Origin: a virus
Taxonomy: Duplodnaviria; Caudoviricetes
DNA length: 58,092 nucleotides
Reading direction: 5' to 3' (one strand)
IMG/VR virus record: IMGVR_UViG_3300042924_003258
Span: 1 to 58,092 of that record
Both the position numbers and the translations under genes were made by a program. Under the pieces are notes generated by a model. It was not told where the DNA came from. It ran no database searches and saw only the letters and a list, made by a program, of their open reading frames with translations. Position 1 is the stretch's first letter. Every line of letters starts with the position of its first letter. This document shows positions 26,201 through 35,759 of the stretch, in pieces.

Positions 26201-28173
26201 GACTCTGGCAGTGCGACGATTGAAGAGAATCCGCTTTCGGCAACATCCTTCACCCGAACCGCAGAAACGCCGTTGTCTCGCATCCACGCTGACAACTTTG
26301 TGTCAAACTCATGTGCAAAGCCAAGGTCTTTCCCGTACTTCTTGATGTTGTCTGGAACCCAATCTGGAACATCCTTTGCGGTCAGGTCGAGCGTGTTGCC
26401 GTAAATCTTGGTCTGAATGACCCGAGGCGCAGAGTCTTTGCGGTACAAGCGAACATCGCCGTCCGTAAGAATGTCGTCGTTGAGTTCATAGACAGACTTA
26501 GCCTTCACGATGCGACCAGCGAGTTCAGGGTCCGCATACCACAACACTGCACCCTTTTCCATCTGCGAGTTGATCGCCTTCCGCATGTCCCCAAGAGTGC
26601 TTGGCTTACCAGCGTCCAGGGCCTGCTCCGACCACTTGTCGTAACTAATCTGCTTGTACCCAGTGGCGTTTGCGAACGTGTCTGCAACAACCGGGTCTTC
26701 CGTGAAGTAGAACCTGTCAGACCGAGTTCGCTCTTTGCCGAAACGATCAAGCGCGGCGGCGTCGAACCTGTCGAACTGCCTGTTGGTTCCGTGGTACACA
26801 GCAAGCCCGGTCGCCTCGTACTCGTCGCGGGTCATCTGCCATGGCTGCTTGCCTCCAACCGGAATCGGCTCTGGGTCTGGGGCGTTCCGACCTGCAACTC
26901 CGGCTGCTACCGTCGCGTCTTCGCGAGGCACGGGCGTTGCAGCACTCCGGGCGGCGGCTGCTTCATTTACTAGCCGCTGAGCGTCTTCTGCGGTCTTGAT
27001 CTTGCCTTCTGCGTACGCCCGAGTAACAAGTTGGGCATCCCACGACTGCGTTGAAAACGGCGTCGCCACCTTTCCATTTGCCAGCCGTTGTAGCATCGCG
27101 TCGTAGTAGTTTAGGGTAATAGCCCCACCCATGTTGCCAAAGGCACTTGCGATGCCGGGGCTGGACGCGCCTTGTGCAGCGGGCGTAACCGCCGCCGGAA
27201 CATCCGACCGCCCAGCCCGCATCTCAGCCCACTGCTGGGGCGGAACGTGCGAAACAGCGGCAACGAAGTCGTCGGCGTTGAACACCGTGGCGGTTGGGAT
27301 CGTGCCGTTGGTGTAGAAGTTCGCGCGGCCAGTCTTCCAGTCGTTTGCAATGCGAACGGTGGCAGCGTCAAAAGCGGCGGCTTCTCTGGTCTTGGCGACC
27401 GCGCCGAACGCGCCCCCCATAATGCCAGACACCAACGCGGCGGTGCCAATGTCGTAGATATCTGCGTCTTCGCGCCATGCCGCGCCCAAGGCCCCGGACG
27501 GCGCGTACGCCCCAAAGCCCGTGGCCGCACGAACGGCGGTGTTGGCACCCATCGAGTTCGCCCGCGCGATGCCGAAGCCGAACAGGAAGTCGCCAATGGC
27601 CCCGGTCACGGCGTCGGATGCGTCAAGGTCGGGCGACAGTTCGGCCCGCAACCCTTCCGTCACAAGGCTCAGGCTGGCGTTGATCGCACCCGACGTTGCC
27701 CACGCGCCAATCCCGGTGCGCCCCGCGACGCCGATGGGACCAACGGCCATAGTAAGGATGCTGACGGGATCGGTAATCATCGCCCCGACCGTCGCCATCG
27801 TCCCGCCGTACCCGGCCTCGCGGAGAATCTTGCGGCGGCGGCTCGCGTTGACCGCTTCGGTAAGCAGGTAGTTGTAGTGGTCGCCGCTTCGGGCCTCAAG
27901 GATGTTCAACTTGAGGTCGGGGTCAACGTGCTTGGTCTGCTGCTCCCACGCGGAAAGGTCGGGGTTCCACGAAGGATCATCTTTGAAACCTTGGCTGACG
28001 AGTTCTCGCCCGGCCATGTCGGACAACCAATACTGTTCCTTGGCCGCAAGCAGCGTTTCGGACGAGAAGAAGTTGCCGATGGTCGAGAGCGGAGTGGGCG
28101 GCGTATATCCAGCGACAGTCTCTTCCGTTGGCACCATGTTTTCGATGCGTGCCGGGCGGGGGAATACGCTCAC
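23203..28173 (-). CDS. large internal virion (ejectosome, gp16-like) protein with an ART-PolyVal-like insert
   Basis: 1656 aa; Gly/Ala hydrophobic N-region; C-terminal YVPR and GKLFLQLRRF; insert YHGT...FYFTED...A. Confidence 0.75.
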   Translation of the reverse strand: MSVFPRPARIENMVPTEETVAGYTPPTPLSTIGNFFSSETLLAAKEQYWLSDMAGRELVSQGFKDDPSWNPDLSAWEQQTKHVDPDLKLNILEARSGDHYNYLLTEAVNASRRRKILREAGYGGTMATVGAMITDPVSILTMAVGPIGVAGRTGIGAWATSGAINASLSLVTEGLRAELSPDLDASDAVTGAIGDFLFGFGIARANSMGANTAVRAATGFGAYAPSGALGAAWREDADIYDIGTAALVSGIMGGAFGAVAKTREAAAFDAATVRIANDWKTGRANFYTNGTIPTATVFNADDFVAAVSHVPPQQWAEMRAGRSDVPAAVTPAAQGASSPGIASAFGNMGGAITLNYYDAMLQRLANGKVATPFSTQSWDAQLVTRAYAEGKIKTAEDAQRLVNEAAAARSAATPVPREDATVAAGVAGRNAPDPEPIPVGGKQPWQMTRDEYEATGLAVYHGTNRQFDRFDAAALDRFGKERTRSDRFYFTEDPVVADTFANATGYKQISYDKWSEQALDAGKPSTLGDMRKAINSQMEKGAVLWYADPELAGRIVKAKSVYELNDDILTDGDVRLYRKDSAPRVIQTKIYGNTLDLTAKDVPDWVPDNIKKYGKDLGFAHEFDTKLSAWMRDNGVSAVRVKDVAESGFSSIVALPESIGFGRDAHREAVEVAVQAGKRVPASVLADYPDLAPSAPQPASPQLPNITDTIKAADWVRESIRNGRNTADRLGITQKIEDLSAQGLTGQQVAIRLLADNDVPGKSRNEILSDIVYPARASLGIPSQDDRVDFQAWLNARNARLAQSIPASQANLSALSSAIRAGGEGQTQSPTFVNPLLRPDFKLGDMDASRVSLSPATTTLYIKDKDTKVPITMSMTAWASKDAIDARGTWFANATGTNYVPHKDGSVNRGLIEQVGAAVSNDTGNFNTGLAAMYRVEAKKAKQSGVAMPKQDEWMAQVTRAARGFTTGAAPGVVEAANAMRRGLDTNLDYYLRHAGIKREEAGNVAGYVPRIQKRDELDRLVKELGHDGAVTFYKNAILSDMRQSRVGQNQLELFPDLTPDQVAAKDDKVARRMAEAAIQYGGTKSGRVYHAGMSRADAESVLDEIADLASDDKKHIIRSIFGRDEAANPRLRARTPLDESYSEVINDKTYTIEQLLENDPRVLYARYSHEMHSGSALEEAGRVYKALFNEDMPKTLAEFQQASAKWYAPGASSKSRAEALFRQLAGYAVHDLKDELDYALMGSTQVINAGVYMQVMATPRAGAMQITESLNHLVQPEVSVPFMRKLFPVIDELSTSAMSGQLSDVEIIADAQLAGFGRGYASRIPGHVMDAADGYAKKFGPVTTAAEKATHFGNKWMSGEGPIGNSQEIAVYAGAVGHWVDFAVGRTGPLSNARLKALNLTPELQTEIGAMIRRFGTKDKTGRVVMPNERAWSNQAAAAAFREAVNIATRRLTNFGDASSMPTFAAKWYGKLFLQLRRFALRATGNYLGFNARMADRHAALTTASAAATGMLQYVVANVIAAATMQDREDFLNERLATENIAKAAFARSAMAGIMPTVVDAGASAFGYDAPFSQYRQTYMATGASGVLANFAAADSLKNLTALPGAVLRPMIESDYDFSERNYNTITKGLFLPNYMGSLRAIREELNLPSRSETE

Positions 28174-30350
28174 TCAAGTCCTCCGTATCTCACCGTACTC
28201 AGATTGCGCATGGCGTTGTCGATTGCCTTGGCTTCGGCTCGGCGTTTCATCGCTTCGCTAGTTGCGTTGGACCGCATGGCCGTCTTGAGGTCTTCCGCCG
28301 TGAACGTCATCGTCACGGCCCCGTCGTCGTGGCGGTAGCGGAGAACGTCGCCGGTGCGGTTGTCAACGAACGACAGCATCCGGCTCTGCGGGTCTTGCGT
28401 CAGGCGAATGTCGCCCTTGCCGATCTTCTTGTTGTTCCAGACGTAGGCGGTGTCGTCCTTGATCTGTTCGTGCAGGATGCCAGCCAACGCGCTGCCCGCG
28501 TCCTCAAACGAGTATTCCTGCCCGAATCCAGGGTCTGGAACCTCGTCGCGGAAGAACGTGTAGTGGCCGTTGACGATCCTGCTCTTGGCCTTCACCACTT
28601 CGGCGGCGCGCTTCACGGCATCGACGGGCCGAAGGTTCGGGTTCCGCATCATCAGGATGTTGGCAAACTCAGACACGTTATCCTTCGCAACCTCGCTGTC
28701 TTCGGCCCGAGTGAACGGAATCCACGGCGCACGGTCCAGAAGTTTCTCGGCTTGGTTACGAACGGCCTCGCGCTCCGCCTCCTGCATCGGGCGGGGCTTG
28801 GCGGCGAAGCGTGCTGCCTGAATCAACGCCTGCTCTTCGGTCATCTGCTGACCGGCGAGCGGGTTGGATTCGAGAATGTCAATCGCGGCTTCGTACACCG
28901 CCATGTCGCCGTCAAGTTCTCCCAATTGCCCATCGGTGCCAGCGGCCCGAAGTTCTCGGTACATGCGGAAGTTGCCAACCGCAGACTGGATCGTGGGCCG
29001 ATTGCGTTCGTCGGTCGGGGCGAGTGCCGCAGCCTTGAGAGCGCGGGCGTCAATCCGCATCATCGACGACTCTTCGCTCATCGGGTAGCCGTTCTGCTGC
29101 GACCAACGCGAGTACGCAACCACTTGAGATTCGCCGCCGGGCCGGTTCTCTGGCCTCGCGTAGTAGGCGCGGGCGGCTGTCTTCATCGTGCGTTCGACTT
29201 CGGCGGCGTCGATCTTCGCAACCACTTGCCCGTTGTCCACCACGCGCAGCCCATCGGCTTCCAGAACGTCGGCCTTGCCCAAGCCCGGCTGCATGGTCAT
29301 TGCGAAGAACGAACCAAGCGTTGACTGGCGAGCGTTGGCGACGCGAGCGGCCTGTACCGCCTTGGCCTGCTCGCCGAAGTACCGATCCGATGCGTTGTTG
29401 AGCGTCGCAATCGGGCCGTCGAAGTAGCGGGCCAGATCGGGGTTGGCCTTCATCTGATCCCGCAGGCGTTCGCGTTGGAGCAGGATGTCTTCGATCCGGC
29501 CACCCGTCAGGGCTTCGGACGTATTGAGAGCGGCGGTCGTGACTTGCTGAGACAGAATCTCGGAACGCTGACGCTCTTGGGCACCAGCGGCAACGTCTTT
29601 GAGTTTCTGTAGTTGCCCGCCAAGCAACGGCTCAAGACGGGGAGCAATTCGCTCAAGCCCGGCAACATCGCCCGACTCTGCTAGCGTCTTGGCTACAGGA
29701 AGGTACAGTTCCAGCGTTGCCCGATCCGGCTGGCCCGGAAACAGGTTGCGTTCGCCCTCGGCAAGAGCCGCAGGATCAGTCAGGCCTGCGCTCTGGTAGC
29801 GAGCAACTGCAAAGCCGCGCTCTTCTTCCGTCACGCGGTCAAGTTGACGCACGACGTTCTGCGCGTACGCCTGGGTGATTGCAGACGAATAAGCCTCGCG
29901 AGCAGCGGGGGAGTCTGGGAAGAGCCTAGACGCCTCATCCTCGCCAAACAGAATGGCCGTGTTGCGGATCGTTTCGGCGTCCGCGCTTGGCGGGATCATC
30001 ACATCGCCGCGCTCGACTTCGCCTTCCAGCGTCACGGCTCGCAGCCTTGCGGCCTCGGTCGCCTCAGAGCGTTGCAGGGCTTCGGTGCGAGCAAGGGTCT
30101 GCTCGTACTGGGCCTGATCCTCAGCCGCCCTTGCTGCCGCCTCCCTCTCCTGCCCAATCCTGATCCGCTCCGCGCCAGCCATGAAGTCCACGACTGCCGA
30201 CGTTGCCCTCAGCGATTCGCCGACGATGCCAGCGACCTGATTGGCCGTTTGGTCGGGGATGACGGGAATTGGAGCAACCCCCGGCGCGGCGAGCGATCTG
30301 CTCACGCCAGAACCGCGCAGTGGGTCGATGGAGCGTCCGTATCTTGACAT
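28170..30350 (-). CDS. internal virion protein (gp15-like)
   Basis: 726-aa helical protein preceding the gp16-like gene. Confidence 0.6.
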   Translation of the reverse strand: MSRYGRSIDPLRGSGVSRSLAAPGVAPIPVIPDQTANQVAGIVGESLRATSAVVDFMAGAERIRIGQEREAAARAAEDQAQYEQTLARTEALQRSEATEAARLRAVTLEGEVERGDVMIPPSADAETIRNTAILFGEDEASRLFPDSPAAREAYSSAITQAYAQNVVRQLDRVTEEERGFAVARYQSAGLTDPAALAEGERNLFPGQPDRATLELYLPVAKTLAESGDVAGLERIAPRLEPLLGGQLQKLKDVAAGAQERQRSEILSQQVTTAALNTSEALTGGRIEDILLQRERLRDQMKANPDLARYFDGPIATLNNASDRYFGEQAKAVQAARVANARQSTLGSFFAMTMQPGLGKADVLEADGLRVVDNGQVVAKIDAAEVERTMKTAARAYYARPENRPGGESQVVAYSRWSQQNGYPMSEESSMMRIDARALKAAALAPTDERNRPTIQSAVGNFRMYRELRAAGTDGQLGELDGDMAVYEAAIDILESNPLAGQQMTEEQALIQAARFAAKPRPMQEAEREAVRNQAEKLLDRAPWIPFTRAEDSEVAKDNVSEFANILMMRNPNLRPVDAVKRAAEVVKAKSRIVNGHYTFFRDEVPDPGFGQEYSFEDAGSALAGILHEQIKDDTAYVWNNKKIGKGDIRLTQDPQSRMLSFVDNRTGDVLRYRHDDGAVTMTFTAEDLKTAMRSNATSEAMKRRAEAKAIDNAMRNLSTVRYGGLE

Positions 30351-30352
30351 GG

Positions 30353-30883
30353 TTAGACCATCAGACAGACCGAGGCGTTCAGGGTGGCAGCAGGCGTGCC
30401 GCCGTCACAAAGCAACTGGGCGAGGATGTTGGCACCGGCCACGTTCTTGATGATGACAGCACCGGCACCGTTTGCCGTGTTGTTGTAGACGCCGATGGAG
30501 CCATAGACGCTCTCGAACGTGGTGCGGAATGCGGGCGTCGTCATGGTCAGCGTGTCGGCGACGAAAACCGAGGAACTGAGCCACGGGAACGTGTGCGTCA
30601 GGGTGCCGAGCGTGATGCTGACGGCACCGAGATACAGGCCCACGTTGTCGGGCGTCGCAACCCAAAGCCGCATCGTGCCAGTTTCGTTCGCGGCGTCTGT
30701 GCCGTACGGGATGATGCGGATTCCTTGGTAGTCGCAGGCGGGCTGCTGGCTCATGCGAATCAGCGCGGAGTTGATCGGCAAGTCAGATGGGATTGAAATG
30801 TCGGTCGCACCAAGGTCGCCCGTTGCGGTTGTCGAGTTGACCGTCAGCAACGGCGATGGTCCAAGCGTTTTGAGAATGAGCAT
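30353..30883 (-). CDS. putative virion protein
   Basis: Thr/Gly-rich, beta-rich protein in the late operon; AAGGA RBS. Confidence 0.6.
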   Translation of the reverse strand: MLILKTLGPSPLLTVNSTTATGDLGATDISIPSDLPINSALIRMSQQPACDYQGIRIIPYGTDAANETGTMRLWVATPDNVGLYLGAVSITLGTLTHTFPWLSSSVFVADTLTMTTPAFRTTFESVYGSIGVYNNTANGAGAVIIKNVAGANILAQLLCDGGTPAATLNASVCLMV

Positions 30884-30892
30884 GGTTGTTCC

Positions 30893-32275
30893 TTATGGGC
30901 GGGCGCGGATTCGCCCGCTGCCCAGAGTGTCGTCTTGCATTGAACTTTGCAGGTACATATCAACTTCAACGGTCGGGAAATACAAAGCCCCGGAGTCGCT
31001 GGGGTGGATCGCGCCGGGCGTGTCGCCCACCGTGTCCAAGTAGGTTGCCGCCCAAGTGTTGACGGGGCCAAGGCGGTCGCGCACTTCAAGCCCGAGCGGG
31101 GTGTACGCGACTTTGTTGTGAAGCGAGTTGTTGTTGTTGGCGATGGTGCGGAACACGTCATCCATCTCATCGAACCGCACCTGCTCAGCGACGGTGTAAC
31201 CGGCCACGTTGCCCGTGGTGTCCCACTGCAATACCAGTTCGATGAGGATGTCAGACGATCCCTTGCCAACGCGAGTCAGAGAGTCGCGGATGCGGGCAAT
31301 CGTTGTCAAGACTTGCGTAGTCAAAACACCCTGATCGCCGGGCGCGTACTTGTTCTGGCCAAGCATGATACTGATTTTGCCCGACTTGCCGCCCGTGGAG
31401 TAGTCACCCTCGATGGGCGTCATCGAAAAGATGGCGTCCATTGTTGCGTCGGTGTACCAGCCTTGGTTGCCCGCGCCGCCCGGAGCGACCGCCGCCATGT
31501 GGTTGTCCCAACCAGCACCACCCCAACCCATCGAAACCTCGCCGTAGCGGGTGGCGGAAAGCGTGTTGTGACGCACCGTGCGGTACAGCATCATCGAACA
31601 CTTGCCGCTTTCCGAAGTGCCGCCACCGAGCGACTGGCGGAACATTGAAATATCAGATGACCCAGTGCCCGTCGAAGACGCCGGGGTTTCGTAGAACGTG
31701 TGCGTGCCCTTCGTGCCCGACGAATCGTTGATGGCCGACGTGCTGCTGTCGTAGATGTTCGTGCCAGCGCATCCGGTCGCAATGACTGACATGCCGGGCA
31801 CGCCGTCCGCGCCCGCGCTGATTCGCAGTTCGCCGAACCTGATACTTTGGTTGGTGAGCCAGTCCGTGCCCCAGAATGACTGGCGAATCGTGTTGCGGAT
31901 GATTGGGGCGAAGTCGCTGTTGGCTCCAAACTTCAATATGGTCGCGCCTGCTGCAAATGCGTTTAGGGACGACGGGATTGCCCCAGCCCCAGAACCCATC
32001 TCAAAGTCCGCGACCGTGAAAGACGTTCCTCCGACAGACAGCGATTGTGTGCTGGCTGGACCGGAAGCGTTGAACCAGCCAAACGCGGCCAGGTCTCCAC
32101 CGGCCGCAAAGCACGGGTGAGCAAAGAACCCCCACGGCCCGTATCTGGTGTCCTTCTTGCGCCCGATGGGAAGACGCTTGGTAACGCCCTCAACGCCTTG
32201 CGAGTCGGTCATTCGGACGACAGGGCGTTGCATACGGGCGTACAACTCGTCGCCCTTGACACAAGTTCTAGGCAT
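30893..32275 (-). CDS. putative tail-associated SGNH-like hydrolase
   Basis: IMLGQN (block III-like) and a C-terminal D...IHPSDSG. Confidence 0.5.
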   Translation of the reverse strand: MPRTCVKGDELYARMQRPVVRMTDSQGVEGVTKRLPIGRKKDTRYGPWGFFAHPCFAAGGDLAAFGWFNASGPASTQSLSVGGTSFTVADFEMGSGAGAIPSSLNAFAAGATILKFGANSDFAPIIRNTIRQSFWGTDWLTNQSIRFGELRISAGADGVPGMSVIATGCAGTNIYDSSTSAINDSSGTKGTHTFYETPASSTGTGSSDISMFRQSLGGGTSESGKCSMMLYRTVRHNTLSATRYGEVSMGWGGAGWDNHMAAVAPGGAGNQGWYTDATMDAIFSMTPIEGDYSTGGKSGKISIMLGQNKYAPGDQGVLTTQVLTTIARIRDSLTRVGKGSSDILIELVLQWDTTGNVAGYTVAEQVRFDEMDDVFRTIANNNNSLHNKVAYTPLGLEVRDRLGPVNTWAATYLDTVGDTPGAIHPSDSGALYFPTVEVDMYLQSSMQDDTLGSGRIRARP

Positions 32276-33597
32276 CAGTTCTCCGTGGCTGTGGTGTTGC
32301 CGGTGATGACGATTGACCCACGCGGCTGCTCGATGTGAATAGCCACCTTGGGGTTTCTGTGGATGTTGCCGAAGACGAACGCCCCGTCACCACGCGACAC
32401 GCGGATGTGTTCACCCTGCGCCGCGCCCGGAACCGATGCCCAACCATTGAACGTGTTATGGGCAATCGCACCACGCCACAGCACGCCCGGAGGCTGCATG
32501 GCGTGCCCGCCGCTGATACCGATGGGGCAGTCGCTCACTTCGTTCTGAGAGGCGTAGGTTCGACCAGCACGCATCTGAAGGCCCGCGTGGGCGACATTGT
32601 GGATGCGGTTGTAGCGGGCCACGAACGGCAATTGCCCGAACGTGCCGGGCGTAGCGACGATGTAGACGCCCTGCGAGAACTTGCTGTTCTCGTCGCGCCC
32701 GCCGCTGGGGGTCAGGCCAAGGTTCGACAGTTCGTTCTCCTCGAACAGCATTCCCTCGACGCGGACGACATAGCCGCCCCCGCCGTGTGAGCCGTTCATT
32801 GAGAACGTGTTGTGGACCGTGTTGCGACGGAACACCACGTTCATAAGCCCGCCATCTACCACGCCATCGAAGATAAACGCGGAGTTGCCGCCCTCGAAGT
32901 GGCAGTCCTCGACGACAACGCCGATGGTGCTGGCGTAGACGATGATGCCGCAGTGGGGCTTGCCGCCGTAGTTGAGCGGGTTGGGCGTGAAGTCCAGGCC
33001 GATGACCCACAGGTTGCCAGCGAACCCATCACCCTGCACCCGCATCGTCCCGTCTTTGTCAGGCCGGGTGAACTTGGGGCGTGGGCCTTCGCCGTACGCC
33101 TTCAACACCATCGGGCGCGTGCTGCTTGCACCGCCCTTGTCCCACGTCCCGTATTCGCCGACGATCCGCTCATCCCAGACGCCACCACGCTTGAACGCGA
33201 TGTGGTCGGCCCGGCCATTGCGGGCGAGTGCGTAGGCGCGCGCGACGGTGCGTACGGGTGCATCCTGCTGCAAGCCCGCGTTGGCGTCGTCGCCGTCGTT
33301 GGAGACATAGATCGTCCGCTCGGCTGGCGGGATGATCGTGGCACCGTTGTCGTCCTGCTTGGGTGCCCAAGGCATGTCGGCTGGCAGGCCGAACCGGACG
33401 CGCTTCTCGTACGCCTCAAGGTCGGCGGGGTCGAAGAACGCCCCGTCGCGGTTGATGTCAATGCTGTCGTTGTCGCCCGTGCTGGATTGGCCTTCCGAGA
33501 AGACCGCGTACAGGTCGTCAAGGTCAATGCCATTCACCAGCCCGTCGTTGTTGAAGTCAGGGTCGGCAAAGTGGTTCATGTTTGATCCTGTTTTCAC
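32275..33597 (-). CDS. dockerin-like domain plus right-handed beta-helix protein
   Basis: DFNNDG..VFSEG and DSIDINRDG..FDPAD Ca-binding loops; IYVSNDGDDANAG...FKRGGVW; beta-helix repeats. Confidence 0.8.
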   Translation of the reverse strand: MKTGSNMNHFADPDFNNDGLVNGIDLDDLYAVFSEGQSSTGDNDSIDINRDGAFFDPADLEAYEKRVRFGLPADMPWAPKQDDNGATIIPPAERTIYVSNDGDDANAGLQQDAPVRTVARAYALARNGRADHIAFKRGGVWDERIVGEYGTWDKGGASSTRPMVLKAYGEGPRPKFTRPDKDGTMRVQGDGFAGNLWVIGLDFTPNPLNYGGKPHCGIIVYASTIGVVVEDCHFEGGNSAFIFDGVVDGGLMNVVFRRNTVHNTFSMNGSHGGGGYVVRVEGMLFEENELSNLGLTPSGGRDENSKFSQGVYIVATPGTFGQLPFVARYNRIHNVAHAGLQMRAGRTYASQNEVSDCPIGISGGHAMQPPGVLWRGAIAHNTFNGWASVPGAAQGEHIRVSRGDGAFVFGNIHRNPKVAIHIEQPRGSIVITGNTTATEN

Positions 33598-34133
33598 GCG
33601 CTGACAGCAAAGGCGTTCTCGGCACCTTCCATCGCGCGGCGAAGGGCCTGACGAACAGTGACGCCGGAACGAACCTCGAAGGTGTCCAGCAACGCGAACG
33701 AGAAGTCGTCGGCGGACGGGATCGAACCGATGTTCAGGTTCGCCCCGATGTTGCCACGACCAATCATGCTGACGGTCGCCGCAACGGACCCGGCAATGTC
33801 AACGTCCACTTCCTTGAGGCCCGTCAGGTCGCCATCCGAAGACGCCGCTGCGGTCGTGGTCGTGGCCGTGTCGCCAAGCCCACTCAGGGCCACGTCAGAA
33901 CTGGCCGATGCGGTCGTGCGGTTCGTGGACGCGAGGCCACCGCTCGTCTGGGCGGGCACGTAGGCAACACTGTTGATGTAGCCAATCGGCGCGCTTGCGT
34001 GCTTAGAAAAGCCTCCACCGTGGACGCGAGGCAGGGCGTTGCCCATGATCCACGCATCTCGGAATCCAACTCCCGCGTAGGAGCCGGTAAGCCGAGCCTT
34101 GATGGAGATGTTGGAGCCGTTTCGGATAAGCAT
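33594..34133 (-). CDS. tail fibre-associated protein
   Basis: Ala/Ser/Thr-rich; ends with ...TVRQALR. Confidence 0.6.
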   Translation of the reverse strand: MLIRNGSNISIKARLTGSYAGVGFRDAWIMGNALPRVHGGGFSKHASAPIGYINSVAYVPAQTSGGLASTNRTTASASSDVALSGLGDTATTTTAAASSDGDLTGLKEVDVDIAGSVAATVSMIGRGNIGANLNIGSIPSADDFSFALLDTFEVRSGVTVRQALRRAMEGAENAFAVSA

Positions 34134-34135
34134 GT

Positions 34136-34987
34136 TTAGTCCCAAGCCATGTCTGCGTAGCCCATGAGCAGGCTCGAAGTGGCAAGCGCGCCGCCCACTT
34201 GGATCAGGAACCCGAGGCAAGCCCCGTCTTCGACGCGGGGCAGGGATGGCAACTGGTACACAAAGTCGCGTTCAGACGCGGTGTTGATCGCAAGCAGCGG
34301 GATCGTCGCCAGTGGCTTGCAGAGGATCAGTGAGGCCGTGCCCGTCGTGCCCGTCGCAAGGGTGTACGACTGCACCGATCGAATGCCGTTGTCGCCAGAG
34401 GCCAAGCGGACGAACGGAGAGCCGTCAGTCTGAAAGCAGGTGGAGAGCGGAGCCGAGTTAGCCGGGGATGTGTGGGCCGCAGCGACGTTTGAGCCGGTGC
34501 CGCCTTGGTCGGTGTAGGTGAAGGTCAGGGCGGGAGCAGCAGCACCCAGAGCCGAGTTGACCGTCACAATCGCCTGCACGCCTTCGCCGCTGGTGTAGCG
34601 AGGCAGGCCAACGCCGTTGGTCAACGTCGTGGGCGTACCCGTCACCACCAGCGACGGGTACATAAGCAGGAAGTCGCACAGGATCAGCGTGGCCGGAACC
34701 ACGGTCGCAGTGGGGGACCACGCGGCAAGGTTCAGTAGGTGGCGAGTGTCAGGCGACACGTTGGACCCGATGGGCAACGCGCCAGCCGTGGATGAAGTCA
34801 GTTGGACCGCCGTGCCAGCCGTGCCGCCCAGCGACATCGCCGTGGGCACACCATTCCATTGCAGCGTGTCGTGCCAGCGACCAGCGGCGGAAGTGGCCGC
34901 GTTGTTGCTGGTTTTCTGGAAGACCGTCTTGAGGTTCTGCCCGCCCGTGATAGCAGCCACCATCGCATCGACCGAAGCGAATCCCAT
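34136..34987 (-). CDS. virion structural protein
   Basis: LPRYTSGEGV...FTYTDQGG...DNGIRSVQS...LPRVEDGACL. Confidence 0.7.
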   Translation of the reverse strand: MGFASVDAMVAAITGGQNLKTVFQKTSNNAATSAAGRWHDTLQWNGVPTAMSLGGTAGTAVQLTSSTAGALPIGSNVSPDTRHLLNLAAWSPTATVVPATLILCDFLLMYPSLVVTGTPTTLTNGVGLPRYTSGEGVQAIVTVNSALGAAAPALTFTYTDQGGTGSNVAAAHTSPANSAPLSTCFQTDGSPFVRLASGDNGIRSVQSYTLATGTTGTASLILCKPLATIPLLAINTASERDFVYQLPSLPRVEDGACLGFLIQVGGALATSSLLMGYADMAWD

Positions 34988-35394
34988 TAGTCCTCCACAA
35001 TCTGCAACGCACCAGCAACGGCGCGCGGCGTAATCAGGTTTGACACGGCCAACGAAGCGTTGAGCGTGCCCTTATACAGCAGCCGGCCCGTGCCCGACGA
35101 GGCTGTGCCAATGCCGAAGTGAGTCAGAGTTTCAGACCCGCCCGTGCATTGAGGCCAAGTCACTTCCGCCGTGTTGCTGGCGGTGTTGCCGCTCACGGTC
35201 CAGCCAGCCCCGTCGCGCGACACAAGCACGCGCGCGTAACTGGTGTACGCCGCCTCGTTGGTCGTCTGGTTTCCAGCCTCGCCGGGGTCCGAAGTGTGAA
35301 GCGACACGTACAGGTTCGACGTTGACCACGAAAAGGTGGTGCCGTTGAACACGTACAGCAGCACGTCGTTCTCTAGGTTGTTGCCCTTGCTCAT
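34987..35394 (-). CDS. tail fibre-type structural protein
   Basis: LYVSLHTSDPGEAG..NEAAYTSYARV...THFGI. Confidence 0.75.
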   Translation of the reverse strand: MSKGNNLENDVLLYVFNGTTFSWSTSNLYVSLHTSDPGEAGNQTTNEAAYTSYARVLVSRDGAGWTVSGNTASNTAEVTWPQCTGGSETLTHFGIGTASSGTGRLLYKGTLNASLAVSNLITPRAVAGALQIVED

Positions 35395-35759
35395 AGTGTC
35401 GTCTGGTTGATCTCAACCAGCGTGTCTCCTGAGTAAACGAAGTCTTTGCGGGTCGTCGTCGCGCCTTGCACGAAGTCGATCCGAGTGAGTTTGCCGCTTG
35501 TGTATGTGAACGTCTTGTACGAACCGTCGTCGTAGTCGATGCGAGTCAGAACGCCCGACGTGTACGTGAACTCGGGGCCAGCGGGCGACGAACCGCCCGA
35601 CGATCCCGCCGCGCCCTGCGGACCCTGCGGCCCTTGCGGACCAACGCCGCCCGATCCCTCGTTGGCCCGCCTGACCAACTCGTACAACGCCGTTGCCTGC
35701 GGATCGTTCCCGCGACGTGTTCGCGGAAGGGCGATGGGCGCGGCGCGTCTGTTGCTCAT
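35391..35759 (-). CDS. short collagen-like / YD-like repeat protein
   Basis: GPQGPQGPQG and two FTYTSG.LTRID repeats. Confidence 0.65.
   Translation of the reverse strand: MSNRRAAPIALPRTRRGNDPQATALYELVRRANEGSGGVGPQGPQGPQGAAGSSGGSSPAGPEFTYTSGVLTRIDYDDGSYKTFTYTSGKLTRIDFVQGATTTRKDFVYSGDTLVEINQTTL

Noticed and set aside
20838-29324. Long plus-strand ORFs (20838-22220, 24481-25944, 27172-28338, 28128-29324)
   Set aside because: They are antisense shadows of terL and the ejectosome genes in high-GC DNA, with no motifs.
30870-30883. TTGAGAATGAG half-site like the 49250 palindrome
   Set aside because: Only half of the palindrome, and it lies within the first codons of a gene; probably chance.
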